A stretch of 64,000 bases of DNA from Candidatus Aenigmatarchaeota archaeon (GCA_016187415.1 JACPJT010000001.1:13634-77633); one strand, 5' to 3'; shown: positions 38,629 to 49,394, counted from the first letter of the stretch. Numbers and translations: made by a program. The notes: generated by a model not told the origin, from the letters alone.

Positions 38629-39843
38629 TCATCTAATCTTGTATCTCATGAACCCGCCAATCCCGCCCAATTGCTTGAATTGCATCCCTTCCGGCGTATC
38701 GGTGGAGATTATTTCGACTGTGGTGCCGAAATTCTGCGCCTTTTCAGATAACAGTTCGCCAAGATAATCCTTGTCCTGCACCTTTAGTGCCGCCCCGCAA
38801 ACTCCACACGTCTGCCTGCCAATTTCACTTCCCGGCAAATCCTTTTCAGTCTCATGCGTATTGTCGCATTTTAACTTGACCCTGACCCAGTCAAACTCTT
38901 CGGAGACCAGAAGCGTCTCTATCGCGCCGATATTCAACGCCTCGATCGTTTGCGTATATCCATAAACTACGTTGCCTCCCTTCTGGAGTTGTGTCAGGAA
39001 TTTTTGCAGCAATTGCCTCTCTTTCATAACTGCCGCTTCTTTCAACAGGTCTTCAGACCTTTGGACAAGCTCCTCGAAGCCGTGGTCGCCGGTATATCCG
39101 ATATCCTTTATTCCGAGAATTTTTGGTATCAGCTGGTAATTGAGATATTCTCCCTTGACGAACTGGTCCTTTATCGGTCCCGGGCCGCCGATTATTATGC
39201 CTTTCAATTCCTCCTGCTTCATGAAAATATCAGACGCAATGCTTGCAACTTCCTTAAAATATTCTATTATAGCATCTTCGCGAATTCTATCATAGCGCCT
39301 CTGGCTCATCCCTCCTTTTATCGCCTTGCCCGCCACAAGAGAGTCAATATGTTTCATCGGTATGATTCTTTTTCCGTGCAATATTCCAATATCCGCTTCG
39401 GACGAATCAAGAACAACAAGCCCGTAAACTTCCTTCTCAGAAATCATCTCCCTTAGCGGATCCAGAACAAAAACTTGGTCACACCAATAAATCTTCGTAT
39501 TCAATTTATCCGGGGGTTCAAAACTCCAGACTTTCAGGTCTTCGTGCCCTTCCACTTCGGACACATTCCCGCAGAAAACCACGAGGCCGTTCGTTGGCGT
39601 CTGCTTGAAAATCCTCAAGTGCTGGATTATCTTTTCCAATGCATCAAGGACATTTTTACGCGTTGTCTTGGATTTTATATTGGATGCAGTCGATTTTTCA
39701 GTGTATATTTGGTTTATTATATCGACAAGATTGTAACCTGCAGGAACATAGACAGAAACCAATTCGGTGTGCCTTCCGCGTATCGCTTCCAGTTCTTTCA
39801 AAAGTTTTTTTATCCTGATTTTTGATTCTTCGTTAAATACAAT
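38629..39843 (-). CDS. prf1: peptide chain release factor aRF1 (start uncertain: TTG 39801 or non-canonical ATT 39843)
   Basis: GRHTELVSVY, ASNIKS, KGGMSQRRY (GGQ replaced by GGM), GGIGGFMRY. Confidence 0.93.
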   Translation of the reverse strand: MVFNEESKIRIKKLLKELEAIRGRHTELVSVYVPAGYNLVDIINQIYTEKSTASNIKSKTTRKNVLDALEKIIQHLRIFKQTPTNGLVVFCGNVSEVEGHEDLKVWSFEPPDKLNTKIYWCDQVFVLDPLREMISEKEVYGLVVLDSSEADIGILHGKRIIPMKHIDSLVAGKAIKGGMSQRRYDRIREDAIIEYFKEVASIASDIFMKQEELKGIIIGGPGPIKDQFVKGEYLNYQLIPKILGIKDIGYTGDHGFEELVQRSEDLLKEAAVMKERQLLQKFLTQLQKGGNVVYGYTQTIEALNIGAIETLLVSEEFDWVRVKLKCDNTHETEKDLPGSEIGRQTCGVCGAALKVQDKDYLGELLSEKAQNFGTTVEIISTDTPEGMQFKQLGGIGGFMRYKIR

Positions 39844-39898
39844 ACACCTTATTGTAGATTTAATTTAATCGTATTTGATATTTAAATCACGCACAAGT

Positions 39899-40684
39899 TC
39901 AAGCTTTGGGGGAATCAGGTGATTGTGTAGGCTGGGATTGATAAATAACTATTCCGGGAAGATTTGTAGGTTTTGTACGTTTATATCCTCGTGTTTGAGC
40001 AGATTCTGCTAACCCTAAAAATAACTTATCGATTTCAGAGTCAGGCACCAAATCACCTGCAGCAAACAGGTAAGGATCGTCGCTACCATAAACTGGATTG
40101 AGATGTAGAAACTCTATATGTGTACGATACCTCTCATCAACTTTATGGCTCTGAAGCCTGGGTAATATTGTTAGTCTATAAAAATCATCCCCCGAATGTT
40201 CTCTATCCCCCAAATACATTCTAACTTTATCCAAGTTTTCACGATGTTCTTCAGCATGCGTCAATGAAATAGCCGTTTTCAGTAAACGTATTCCACGGGA
40301 TAAACTCATTACTTCACGTAAGAGCGACGGCATCATGCCATAAACAGCCTCTTTTTTCTCTTCATCTGTCAACCCTTCTACAGAAAGCATATGTTTTAAA
40401 AGTGAAACATAAAATTCACTCTCTTCAAAATCAGGCATTGCAGGAACTCTGTCACGACTTTTTTGAACACCTTTTTTAATACTTTCTGATAACTCTGGGG
40501 GAAGACGAGAAGCAAAATCTCGCCACAAAGGCAATAAAAGTGGATCATGTTGACTATAAGGCGCCCACCTATTTGAAGACGGCATTTCTACGCTTACAGC
40601 ACCCAGTTCGTTTACAGCTAATTTTTCAAGCGAAGTTAGGACGTGATTCCAGTCAAGGTTCTGTTTAGTTCTTAGCCCGACCAT
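39899..40684 (-). CDS. hypothetical protein
   Basis: 261-aa ORF, AT-rich codon usage, no motif recognised. Confidence 0.7.
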   Translation of the reverse strand: MVGLRTKQNLDWNHVLTSLEKLAVNELGAVSVEMPSSNRWAPYSQHDPLLLPLWRDFASRLPPELSESIKKGVQKSRDRVPAMPDFEESEFYVSLLKHMLSVEGLTDEEKKEAVYGMMPSLLREVMSLSRGIRLLKTAISLTHAEEHRENLDKVRMYLGDREHSGDDFYRLTILPRLQSHKVDERYRTHIEFLHLNPVYGSDDPYLFAAGDLVPDSEIDKLFLGLAESAQTRGYKRTKPTNLPGIVIYQSQPTQSPDSPKA

Positions 40685-40732
40685 AATTAATATTACATAA
40701 TAAACCTTTTAAATTTCATCGTCGTTACGGCA

Positions 40733-43060
40733 CTAAACATTAAGGTTGTGCATGGCTTTAAGGTCTTTCTCAAACGGATTCAAGTCCTTAGGCAACTCCA
40801 TGGTGATCGGATCTTTCAGTGAGAGTTTATTTTCTTTCTTTCTATTCCATACAGAGGAATTGAACTCTATAATCTTTGGCGTGGAGTCGGACAGCTTGCT
40901 TTTCCATTCCGGTTTTGGAAATTCTTCCGTGTGTATGCTGTACTTATGATACAGTTTTCTCGCAATAAAGTCCGTCATATGCGGCACAATGGGCGCCAGC
41001 AATTCCAGAATAGTCTCAAGGCACTTATGAAGCGTGAACCACGCAGATTGTTGCTCTTCCTTACTGAACCCTTCGCCGTATGCCCTTTTCTTTATCATCT
41101 CGATATAGTGGTCCGCAAAAACATTCCAAGCGAATTCCCTTATTTTGTTTGCAGGTATGAAAAAGTTGAAATCACTGTAGCCCGCCATGCATTCTTCGGC
41201 AAGCTTGCTTAATTCGGAGAGAATCCATTTGTCAGTTTCTGTCAATTCCGCCTTCTCGACTGTCGGGAACATGGATATGAATCTGGAAACATTCCATAAC
41301 TTTGTCAGGAATTTGCCGCCGTTGGCTATTCTTTGGTCGGAGCATCTAAAGTCCGACCCCAACGAGGATTCTGTCGCATTCCAATATCTGAACACATCGG
41401 CTCCGTAAGTCTGCAAAATCGGAATCGGATCAATGACATTTCCCTTGCTTTTACTCATCTTTTCCCCCTTCTCGTCAACGCAGTATCCGCTTATCCATGC
41501 ATGTTCGAACGGTACTTTCTTTGTAATCTGGTGACATCTCAATAGCGTGTAGTAAAGCCAGGTCCTGATTATGTCCTTTGCCTGCGGCCTCAATGAATTC
41601 GGATACGTCTTTGAAAAGAATGGCTTGTCCTTTCCGTACTTTGAAATGAAAAGCGGCGTAACACTGGAGTCGACCCATGTATCGAAAGTTCTGGTGTCGC
41701 CGACAAAATCCTTGCACCCGCACTTGTCGCATTTCTTGATAGGCGATTTCTTTTTCCATGGCTGGTAGTATTTGCCAGCAGGCGGAACAAAAACCTTCTT
41801 ACAGTCCCTGCAATACCAGATGGGTATTTCTGTTCCGTAAAATCTCCTTCTGGATATGGGCCAATCGATGCTTACATTGTCAATCCAGTCCAAAAGCAAC
41901 TGCCTGTGAGCATCGGGATGGAACTTTAGTTTTTTCGCAAGTATTCTCATTTTGTCTTTCATGTCGATCTGTTTGATATACCATTCATTCATCGGGACAA
42001 TCTCGATTGTATTCTTGCTTCTTTCGCAGGTCGGCGTCCTGTGCATTATATCCTCTTTCTTGACAACCAGTCCCTTTTCTTCCAAGTCGAGAACGACTTT
42101 CTTTCTCGCTTCATCGGCAGTCATGCCGGCATACGGGCCGGCGTTTCTTGTCAGCCTGCCTTCGGCATTTATCATGATAATTTCCTCGAGTTTCAATTCC
42201 CTGAAAAGCCTGACATCCTCGTAATCGCCGTAGCTGCATATCATCACAACGCCGGTGCCGAATTCGGGATTGGCCTGGGTATGGGCTATGACTTTTACTT
42301 CCCTGTTGAAAAGCGGGATGACGGCCGTTTTGTTCACAACATCGCGGTATCTTTCATCGTCCGGGTGGACTATTATTGTCTGGCACGCGCCTAAAAGTTC
42401 CGGACGGGTTGTCGCAATGGTTATCACGCCGCCCTCCTTCAATCTGAAGGTTATGTAAACCAGTTTCGTGGGCATATCATTGTACACAACTTCGGCGTCT
42501 GCAATCGTAGTTCCGCAGATGGTGCAATAATTATTGGGCCTCGTGTCTTCGTACACCAGTCCTTTTTTCCACAAATCGATGAAAGTTGTCTGCGTCAATA
42601 TCCTGTATTCCTCGGAATCAGTGCGGTAGTAATTTTTGAAATCGCCGGACATCCCCATCGTTTTCATCGTGCTGATCATTTCTGCCTCCAGGTCATCCAA
42701 TGCACCTTTGCAGTATTCTATGAACTTGTCACGGGGCGTCGCATGAATGGATATGTTGAATTTCTTTTCCGTGTAAATCTCGACAGGCAAACCGTTCCTA
42801 TCAATTCCTATCGGAAAAAATGTCTCATGCCCGAGCATCCTTGCAGTGCGTGCTATCATGTCTATCTGCGAGTAGTGCGCCGCAGCGCCGGCATGCCACG
42901 GCCGTCCCGACGGGTATGGCGGCGGGGTGTCGATGACAAAAACAGGCTTCTTCGACTTGATGTTAAAACTGTATAGTTTCTCCTTTTCCCAGAGACCTCT
43001 CACTTTCTCTTCGAGCTGTGGATTCCAGACAGTCTCTGTGATTTTAGGCGTGAACTTCAT
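40733..43060 (-). CDS. valS: valyl-tRNA synthetase (archaeal type)
   Basis: DTPPPYPSG..HAGA, ATTRPELL, DWPISRRR, KMSKSKGN. Confidence 0.95.
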   Translation of the reverse strand: MKFTPKITETVWNPQLEEKVRGLWEKEKLYSFNIKSKKPVFVIDTPPPYPSGRPWHAGAAAHYSQIDMIARTARMLGHETFFPIGIDRNGLPVEIYTEKKFNISIHATPRDKFIEYCKGALDDLEAEMISTMKTMGMSGDFKNYYRTDSEEYRILTQTTFIDLWKKGLVYEDTRPNNYCTICGTTIADAEVVYNDMPTKLVYITFRLKEGGVITIATTRPELLGACQTIIVHPDDERYRDVVNKTAVIPLFNREVKVIAHTQANPEFGTGVVMICSYGDYEDVRLFRELKLEEIIMINAEGRLTRNAGPYAGMTADEARKKVVLDLEEKGLVVKKEDIMHRTPTCERSKNTIEIVPMNEWYIKQIDMKDKMRILAKKLKFHPDAHRQLLLDWIDNVSIDWPISRRRFYGTEIPIWYCRDCKKVFVPPAGKYYQPWKKKSPIKKCDKCGCKDFVGDTRTFDTWVDSSVTPLFISKYGKDKPFFSKTYPNSLRPQAKDIIRTWLYYTLLRCHQITKKVPFEHAWISGYCVDEKGEKMSKSKGNVIDPIPILQTYGADVFRYWNATESSLGSDFRCSDQRIANGGKFLTKLWNVSRFISMFPTVEKAELTETDKWILSELSKLAEECMAGYSDFNFFIPANKIREFAWNVFADHYIEMIKKRAYGEGFSKEEQQSAWFTLHKCLETILELLAPIVPHMTDFIARKLYHKYSIHTEEFPKPEWKSKLSDSTPKIIEFNSSVWNRKKENKLSLKDPITMELPKDLNPFEKDLKAMHNLNV

Positions 43061-43202
43061 AGCATCTTTCTCAGTTTAAATTGAAATTTAGGAATGGAAG
43101 TAATTAAAAGACAGTCAACCCGCGACCCGTAATCCACCAGACATTGTCTCAAAAACTAATTATGACTCTGGTTATTTAAGCCATGAATTCAACTTCTATT
43201 TA

Positions 43203-43276
43203 CCTTGCCTTTTAACGCCTCTGTGTAGTGATGAGTTAAGCAAGCTATGACCATAGAAGCACGGGGCAAGGCGATA
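43203..43276 (+). ncRNA. candidate H/ACA-like guide RNA hairpin with K-loop
   Basis: CCTTGCC/GGCAAGG lower stem, internal loop, GCCTCTGTG/CATAGAAGC upper stem, GTGATGA...ATGA K-loop, ATA 3' of stem. Confidence 0.4.
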
Positions 43277-43531
43277 TTCATTATCTTTAAACAGTCGTCA
43301 CATGATAATAACATATGTTACAAAAAATAACACTAATAGAATAATGGAAATATTTTTTGAAAATCCCAGTAAAAAGTTTCAAATCTTATTCCTATGAAGC
43401 CAATGCCGAGTTTCTAAAGAAATTTTATTCAGTTAACGTAGGGTATGGCAAATATAAAAAGTGGACAGATATAATGAATTAGACTCCAAGCCTTGTAAAA
43501 CGTTTAAATCCTTATCTTTCATTAATATTTC

Positions 43532-44242
43532 ATGGTAAATGCAGAAGTTGCAGGATCCCTTAGAAGAAAAGGTTATCTTCCAAAAACAGATCTTTTTACG
43601 AGAATTCAAGAAACAGAAGAATTAAATGGTTGTTCTTTTGATATGTTATTCAGTAGTGCCAATGATTGGGGCTGGAAACCTGAGAAAGTTAGAGCAGCTT
43701 TATCGGCACACGGAATGAAAGTGGAAAATGTTGCCGTAGTTAATTGGGACAGTGACAGTACTGGAGCAACATTTACAGGAGATGAGTTAAGTCCTCAAAA
43801 TCCATTAGTAATTGTCAATTCCCATCTTCAGTATGGAAGAAAATTTGGTGAATTGTGTGGGGCTTTAGAACAAGATGGAAGACAACTAGGATGGAAAGTC
43901 AAGCCAGGAACTTATGCCTTTTTCAAGCGAGTATACAGCAGTAATGATGGTTCGTTATATGGATTGAATACAATGGTTCCAGTTTATATGACTGGTCTTG
44001 ATCCAAAAATGGTTTCCGATGATATGTGTGAAAGGGGGTACGCACTTTGGTTCAGTCACGATTGGGAAAAGGGTGTAAACCATTATTCAATGGTCGCACC
44101 TGATAAAGTTACTGGTAAAAAGAAATGGTTCTCATGGGAAGAGCATCCTTTTGACGAAGAAGCTTGGAGAGTTGACAAAAATATAGAGAACAATGCTGAA
44201 TTCGGTGGATTTGCCAGACGACACTCATACGTTAGATTATGA
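43532..44242 (+). CDS. hypothetical protein
   Basis: 236-aa ORF with TTTAAA box about 25 nt upstream. Confidence 0.7.
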   Translation: MVNAEVAGSLRRKGYLPKTDLFTRIQETEELNGCSFDMLFSSANDWGWKPEKVRAALSAHGMKVENVAVVNWDSDSTGATFTGDELSPQNPLVIVNSHLQYGRKFGELCGALEQDGRQLGWKVKPGTYAFFKRVYSSNDGSLYGLNTMVPVYMTGLDPKMVSDDMCERGYALWFSHDWEKGVNHYSMVAPDKVTGKKKWFSWEEHPFDEEAWRVDKNIENNAEFGGFARRHSYVRL

Positions 44243-44384
44243 AAATAAATTGATTTTAAAAGAAATTTCTAAAAATCTATAAATATCAGAACAACCAATT
44301 ATTCGATAATTCAGTGCTGTATTCTTCACGCCTCATTCTCGATGCAACGGTAACTACTTTTAATTGGAAGCACCATTATATTGT

Positions 44385-45404
44385 ATGAAGGACGACAAAG
44401 TTCTCCTTATTCTGCTGGGCGCAATGGCTGTAATAAGTGTGCTTCTCCTGATGCCGTTCCTGTCTTATGCCCTATTTGCAATTACTCTTGCCGTCATATC
44501 ATATCCGCTGTACACCAGATTCAAATCCAGCCTCAAGTTCGCCCCCTTGTCCGCGATAGTATTGATCATCTTGCTGATCCTGATAATCATCATACCATCC
44601 ATATACATCACGATAACAGTTTTCAATCAAGCCCGTGATATAATAACAAACATTGGCGCCAGCCAGTTCAAGGATGTGCAGCAGCTGGAGGCCACGCTGA
44701 ACGGCGTCCTTGGCGTGCAATTGAACTTCGCCACGCCATTTAGAATCTGGATATTGGATTTTTCATCGACAATCAGGTCATATATTCTGGCTAACATCTT
44801 CGACCTTACAAAGTACATTATAAATTTCTTGGCAGGAGCGAGCTTGACGCTTTTCATAATGTTCTATCTTTTTGTCGACGGCAAGGAAATTGTAGAAAGT
44901 TTAAAGTCCCATTTTCCAATAGAAGACGAATACAAGAACAGGCTATTCAGCAGGGCATACCGCACCATACAGGGTCTGTTTTTGGGTTTCTTCCTCACGG
45001 CTTTATTGCAAGGCATGCTGGGAGGTCTGGGTTACTTTCTCTTTGGTGTGCCTAACGTAATCCTTCTTTCGGTCTTGACAGCCGCATTCTCATTGGTGCC
45101 TTTCATCGGACCGCCGATTGTTTATGTCCCAGCATCCATTTACCTAATGTTGAACGGCAATACACTGGCTGGCGTGGGTTTGTTTTTGTATAGCATACTT
45201 TTAATCAGCAACATCGACAACATTGTGCGTCCATGGGTTGTCAGATTCAGATCCAAGATACACCCATTGTCGGTCATACTCGGTGTCATAGGCGGCATTT
45301 CCATTCTTGGTTTCATAGGGCTTTTCGTAGGACCCCTGATAATTACATTATTCTTGGAAACACTTGATGTGTATCAGATGGCGAAAAACAAGAAACAGAA
45401 TTAA
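44385..45404 (+). CDS. AI-2E family (PerM) transporter
   Basis: FYLFVDG, LQGMLGGLGY, VPFIGP, IDNIVRP, HPLSVILG, GLFVGP. Confidence 0.9.
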   Translation: MKDDKVLLILLGAMAVISVLLLMPFLSYALFAITLAVISYPLYTRFKSSLKFAPLSAIVLIILLILIIIIPSIYITITVFNQARDIITNIGASQFKDVQQLEATLNGVLGVQLNFATPFRIWILDFSSTIRSYILANIFDLTKYIINFLAGASLTLFIMFYLFVDGKEIVESLKSHFPIEDEYKNRLFSRAYRTIQGLFLGFFLTALLQGMLGGLGYFLFGVPNVILLSVLTAAFSLVPFIGPPIVYVPASIYLMLNGNTLAGVGLFLYSILLISNIDNIVRPWVVRFRSKIHPLSVILGVIGGISILGFIGLFVGPLIITLFLETLDVYQMAKNKKQN

Positions 45405-45471
45405 ACGAATTTCGTCAGACAGGCTGGTCAAGTAAATTTGTTATAAGACACTTGAAATAGAAACATACACC

Positions 45472-46791
45472 TCACTTTATAACAACTCTAGGACGATGAC
45501 TAACAGATAATGTATTTCGTTCTAGATACCCAAAATATTCTAAAGTCTCTTTTAATTCTTGAGAATCTCTAGCGAGGTATGGAGCAACTCTAAAAATCAA
45601 TCCTTTTTTAGAAGGTTTTGCAGTTACATCATCATAGCATCCTAGAACATCTCTAGATCGGTCAAAATAAAATAAATCCATGAACATTTTACCAGTTGTT
45701 GGAGTAGTATATTTGTATCTTTCTAAATCCGATAAAAAGTAATGGCCAGCCGAACGTAATAAAAGAGACTTCATATGTTGTTCTCCCAAGTCTTGAGTTT
45801 TCAATTGTGCCAATATATCATCTGAATGTAATTGGGTAAATTGACTCTCATCAAAAATTATGAAAGCACCGTCCCTTAATAATGCGTCCAACCTTTTAAC
45901 CAAATCTTCGTCATATTCTCCAGATAGTAGTATACCTTCATCTAAACTGAAGTAGTGTTTTGTGTTATCTGCATCTAATAAAAATAGTTGATCTTCCAAT
46001 GCTCTTTTACACACACCATTTAAATAATTTTTATTACCTTGTTTTAACTGATCTTGGAATAGTTTTCCAGTCTTTCTTCTATACGATTCATTGATGTTTC
46101 CAAATCTTGGATTGATCTGAAATATATCTGGCAAATATAAGTTGTGTCTACCATTATACATAATCGACAAAACACGTCGGCTAATTCCTATATCCCTTCT
46201 AAACTCCTTGTACAGTTTTAGAAGTTCTGGGTCTCTGACAATATCCAGCCAACTAAAGTTCTTTAGTTTTGTAGGATCGGTTTGTTCTAACCAAATTCGG
46301 AATTGATCCTGCAAAGTAGTGCCTGCTAAATCATAATGAGTTTTAACTTTTAATTTCTCTCTCTTTCCATAAAGATTTACTGATAAAATACCTTTTGGTG
46401 ATAAAACTTGTCTAGACGATATATATCTCAAGATAGTGAGCACGTCATCTGACAACTGGCCTTCAAAATCAAGGGATATGACATCGAATCTATCTTTTGT
46501 AGTCGCGAAAAAATCCCTAGCTTCACCGCTAAATAAATTAATTTGTAACTCCTGAGATTCAAGATCGTCTGATCTTTCTTTAACTCTCTCAGCACCCGTG
46601 ATATTGATTCTGGGTACATTGATTTTATCGAATACACTGGTTACCTCTAAAGCTTGTGTAGGCGATGTATAAGGTAAACAAAAAACTTTAATTTTACTGG
46701 GTGGTTTATCTAATTTAGGAAGCGTCTTTTGGTCGAATTCCAATTCTCTTTCCCTTGATTTTCTTTTGATTGGCGTATCAAATCTTGACAT
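45472..46791 (-). CDS. class I SAM-dependent methyltransferase-like protein
   Basis: Rossmann-like KVFCLP..., ITGAER, FDVISLDFEG, LSPKGILSVN; likely start MSRFD at 46791. Confidence 0.5.
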   Translation of the reverse strand: MSRFDTPIKRKSRERELEFDQKTLPKLDKPPSKIKVFCLPYTSPTQALEVTSVFDKINVPRINITGAERVKERSDDLESQELQINLFSGEARDFFATTKDRFDVISLDFEGQLSDDVLTILRYISSRQVLSPKGILSVNLYGKREKLKVKTHYDLAGTTLQDQFRIWLEQTDPTKLKNFSWLDIVRDPELLKLYKEFRRDIGISRRVLSIMYNGRHNLYLPDIFQINPRFGNINESYRRKTGKLFQDQLKQGNKNYLNGVCKRALEDQLFLLDADNTKHYFSLDEGILLSGEYDEDLVKRLDALLRDGAFIIFDESQFTQLHSDDILAQLKTQDLGEQHMKSLLLRSAGHYFLSDLERYKYTTPTTGKMFMDLFYFDRSRDVLGCYDDVTAKPSKKGLIFRVAPYLARDSQELKETLEYFGYLERNTLSVSHRPRVVIK

Positions 46792-46822
46792 AAACACAAA
46801 TAAAAACAGAAATACGATTAAA

Positions 46823-48556
46823 TTAATTATCAATACCCATTGCTTTTACACCATTCATATAAAACCTGATTGCCATATGTGGTACAAAATCTCTTAAATA
46901 TTGAGTAGGGTCCTCGCCTACGGTTTCACATAATTTCAATACTTCTCCGATAGCAACTTGATGACTGATTAAGTGCGCATCAAATCTAGCTAATCCCTCT
47001 TCATCTCTTTGACGTTCAACTTGTTTTCTAAGTGTGTGCGCAGTATTAATGTAAACTTTCCCTTGTGACGGATCCAGTTTGCTAGTTAAATGCATTTCCT
47101 GTAAATCAAATTCTGTTCTGTGAACAACATAAGATATTAATCTCCTTCCTCCTCTAATATGTCTGTATTCACCATCTCCTGTTTGTTCATAAGTTGGTCT
47201 TCCCTTTGTTTGCTCAGGTGTTTTCCCATTCCCTTTCCCTTGGATTCTTGTTACACCTCTTCCGCCAGTTGGTGACACACTTAATATTGGGTCTTCTTTC
47301 ACACCTGGAACAAGAACATGCCCGCCTAAGAAAAGTTCTTTCCTTAAATCTTTCCATGTGGTGTCTAATGAATTTATGAATGTATCCGTGAGTTCGGCAA
47401 GCTTATCACTTTCGGTTTTATTTACCACTTGGTATTTTCTTAGTTCATCACCAACATGTTTTTTGAGTTTGTCAACAATATCTAAGAATCCATCGAATTC
47501 GGTATTTCTAATAAAACTATCACGATTTATATTAGGCGTTAGAAAATTTTGTGTGATAAATCCTGTAACATTTTCAGATGCTAAAGGAGTGCCCATCAAA
47601 TCTGTTTCTAGTTGTGGTAATTGTACTACTAAAACACCTCTATCATATACGCGGATAGCAGTTGGTGCCTTTTGAGGTGTGTATACTATGTAGCATCTTA
47701 CAGTCCCATTTTGTGTCTTGCCTGAAGAATCAGTAAATGGCACATTTATTGTCTCATCTGTTATAACTGTTCCATTATATTCTAGAGGTTTTAGTCGTGT
47801 CTGTTTTTTCCCGCCCCACGTACCTATAAATATTTGTGCCCTATTTTCTCTCAATAGAGGATCGTACATTTCTCTTAGTTCTTTTGGAAGGTTTCTAAGC
47901 AAATGATCCATTTGCCTGTCTGGAATACCTTGGACAACGGTTCTCACACCATGTTTAAATGGTACATGTGGTTCGAGGTTTCCTTCGCCAACAACGTCTA
48001 TATTAACGTCTCTATTGTTCTTAAAATCGCGCATGCTGGGCCATTCACCTATATAGTAGCAGATATCGGGTGTTTTTGACGAAGTGACACGTAAACCTGA
48101 TGAGCGAAACTGTTCTGAAATTTTTTGGTTAACACTATCATATACTTTCTCAGGAGCTTCTCCAAATCTTGAATATGGTCTAGTATACATTCGCATAGTA
48201 GTTGAATCTGAGAAATTTCCATATGCCCAAAGACCGACAGCTTTTTTACCTATCAGCATTTGCTTATCCCTTTTATTAGATAACCCCACTTTCTCAGGAG
48301 CGTGCAATAAAGTCTGCCACATCATTCCAGTGCCATCATCTTGAATAATTATTCTCGGTGCTCTAGCACCGTTTCTCTGAGTATAATCCTTGTTAAATAA
48401 AACCAAAACTCTAATTGATGGTAAGCCAAATTCTAACATGTTGTCGACTGAGTTAGAAACATACTCTTTCAAGGCGTCTACGGGATTTCTATAAGATTGC
48501 GCCAATTGTGCTATTAAATATCTCTGATCACCAATTGCAGCTTTGACTAATGGCAT
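46823..48556 (-). CDS. GHKL (MORC/HSP90-like) ATPase
   Basis: Y.NPVDALKEYVSNSVD, IIIQDDGTGM, IGKKAVGL, HGVRTVV, S5-like half LTPNINRDSF. Confidence 0.85.
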   Translation of the reverse strand: MPLVKAAIGDQRYLIAQLAQSYRNPVDALKEYVSNSVDNMLEFGLPSIRVLVLFNKDYTQRNGARAPRIIIQDDGTGMMWQTLLHAPEKVGLSNKRDKQMLIGKKAVGLWAYGNFSDSTTMRMYTRPYSRFGEAPEKVYDSVNQKISEQFRSSGLRVTSSKTPDICYYIGEWPSMRDFKNNRDVNIDVVGEGNLEPHVPFKHGVRTVVQGIPDRQMDHLLRNLPKELREMYDPLLRENRAQIFIGTWGGKKQTRLKPLEYNGTVITDETINVPFTDSSGKTQNGTVRCYIVYTPQKAPTAIRVYDRGVLVVQLPQLETDLMGTPLASENVTGFITQNFLTPNINRDSFIRNTEFDGFLDIVDKLKKHVGDELRKYQVVNKTESDKLAELTDTFINSLDTTWKDLRKELFLGGHVLVPGVKEDPILSVSPTGGRGVTRIQGKGNGKTPEQTKGRPTYEQTGDGEYRHIRGGRRLISYVVHRTEFDLQEMHLTSKLDPSQGKVYINTAHTLRKQVERQRDEEGLARFDAHLISHQVAIGEVLKLCETVGEDPTQYLRDFVPHMAIRFYMNGVKAMGIDN

Positions 48557-48560
48557 AATA

Positions 48561-49394
48561 TCACCTTATCCTAAACACTCCCAGCTTCACAAATCTTTTC
48601 CATTCTTGATCGCTGTATAGTGCATTTGCAAGTGTTGTCAAGTAACCTACTAATTTCGGATCCAATTTTTTTGTCAATTCACGTCTTTCGGAATCATCGA
48701 CATGTTTATAATGTTCCAATTCCTCAATGAGCGTTAACAACAATTCTCTAACATTGGATACTCTTTCTTTTGGCGGCGTATCTGTTTTTGATTGTAAATG
48801 TTTCCATTCACCCGGAAGTCTCTCAGACTCTAAATAATTTACTACTGAAAAAAGTGCGTCTTTAGCTGTTTTAAGAGCTTCGTTGGCTTTTCCGGATTCT
48901 CCCATTCCAGGTTGTCTATAATATGGCACTGGACTTAAGTCGATTTCATCAACAGGCGCAAAATATTTTAGCCCAGTTGCGTCATACATTTTTTTGCGCA
49001 AAGCACCTTTTATTAAGTATGGGTTTTTAACTCTCTTCGACAACCAATTTGATATAGTAGAATGTTTAATGCCAGTAGTTCTAGCAAATTCACTCGTCCC
49101 GATTTTTTTGTCTGTTAACCATTTCTCAAGATCTTTATACCATTCACCAATCTCAAAAAAAGGTTTTAATTGTTCTATACCCAAGTCATCATATAATTGC
49201 TTGGCATTTTTTTCAGTAGGTGCAGATTTTCTATGCAGATAATCTCCTATAGTTTGACGTGGCATCGAAGATGCTTGAGAATAAGCCGTGATGGATCCGT
49301 ATCTTTCATTTATACGACTCTTCAGTAATTCTCTCCAGGTTGGTTTTTTTGTCTCTTCCATAATAACACTTGAAGGATAAAGTGTATACTCCAC
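48561..49394 (-). CDS. tandem XRE-type HTH transcriptional regulator
   Basis: SITAYSQASSMPRQTIGDYL and GTSEFARTTGIKHSTISNWL. Confidence 0.75.
   Translation of the reverse strand: MEYTLYPSSVIMEETKKPTWRELLKSRINERYGSITAYSQASSMPRQTIGDYLHRKSAPTEKNAKQLYDDLGIEQLKPFFEIGEWYKDLEKWLTDKKIGTSEFARTTGIKHSTISNWLSKRVKNPYLIKGALRKKMYDATGLKYFAPVDEIDLSPVPYYRQPGMGESGKANEALKTAKDALFSVVNYLESERLPGEWKHLQSKTDTPPKERVSNVRELLLTLIEELEHYKHVDDSERRELTKKLDPKLVGYLTTLANALYSDQEWKRFVKLGVFRIR

Noticed and set aside
39800-39845. prfB-like autoregulatory frameshift in aRF1 from an out-of-frame TTG ending GGA TAA before an A-run
   Set aside because: The aRF1-like N-terminal helix is already encoded in the main frame upstream of the A-run, so no shift is needed.
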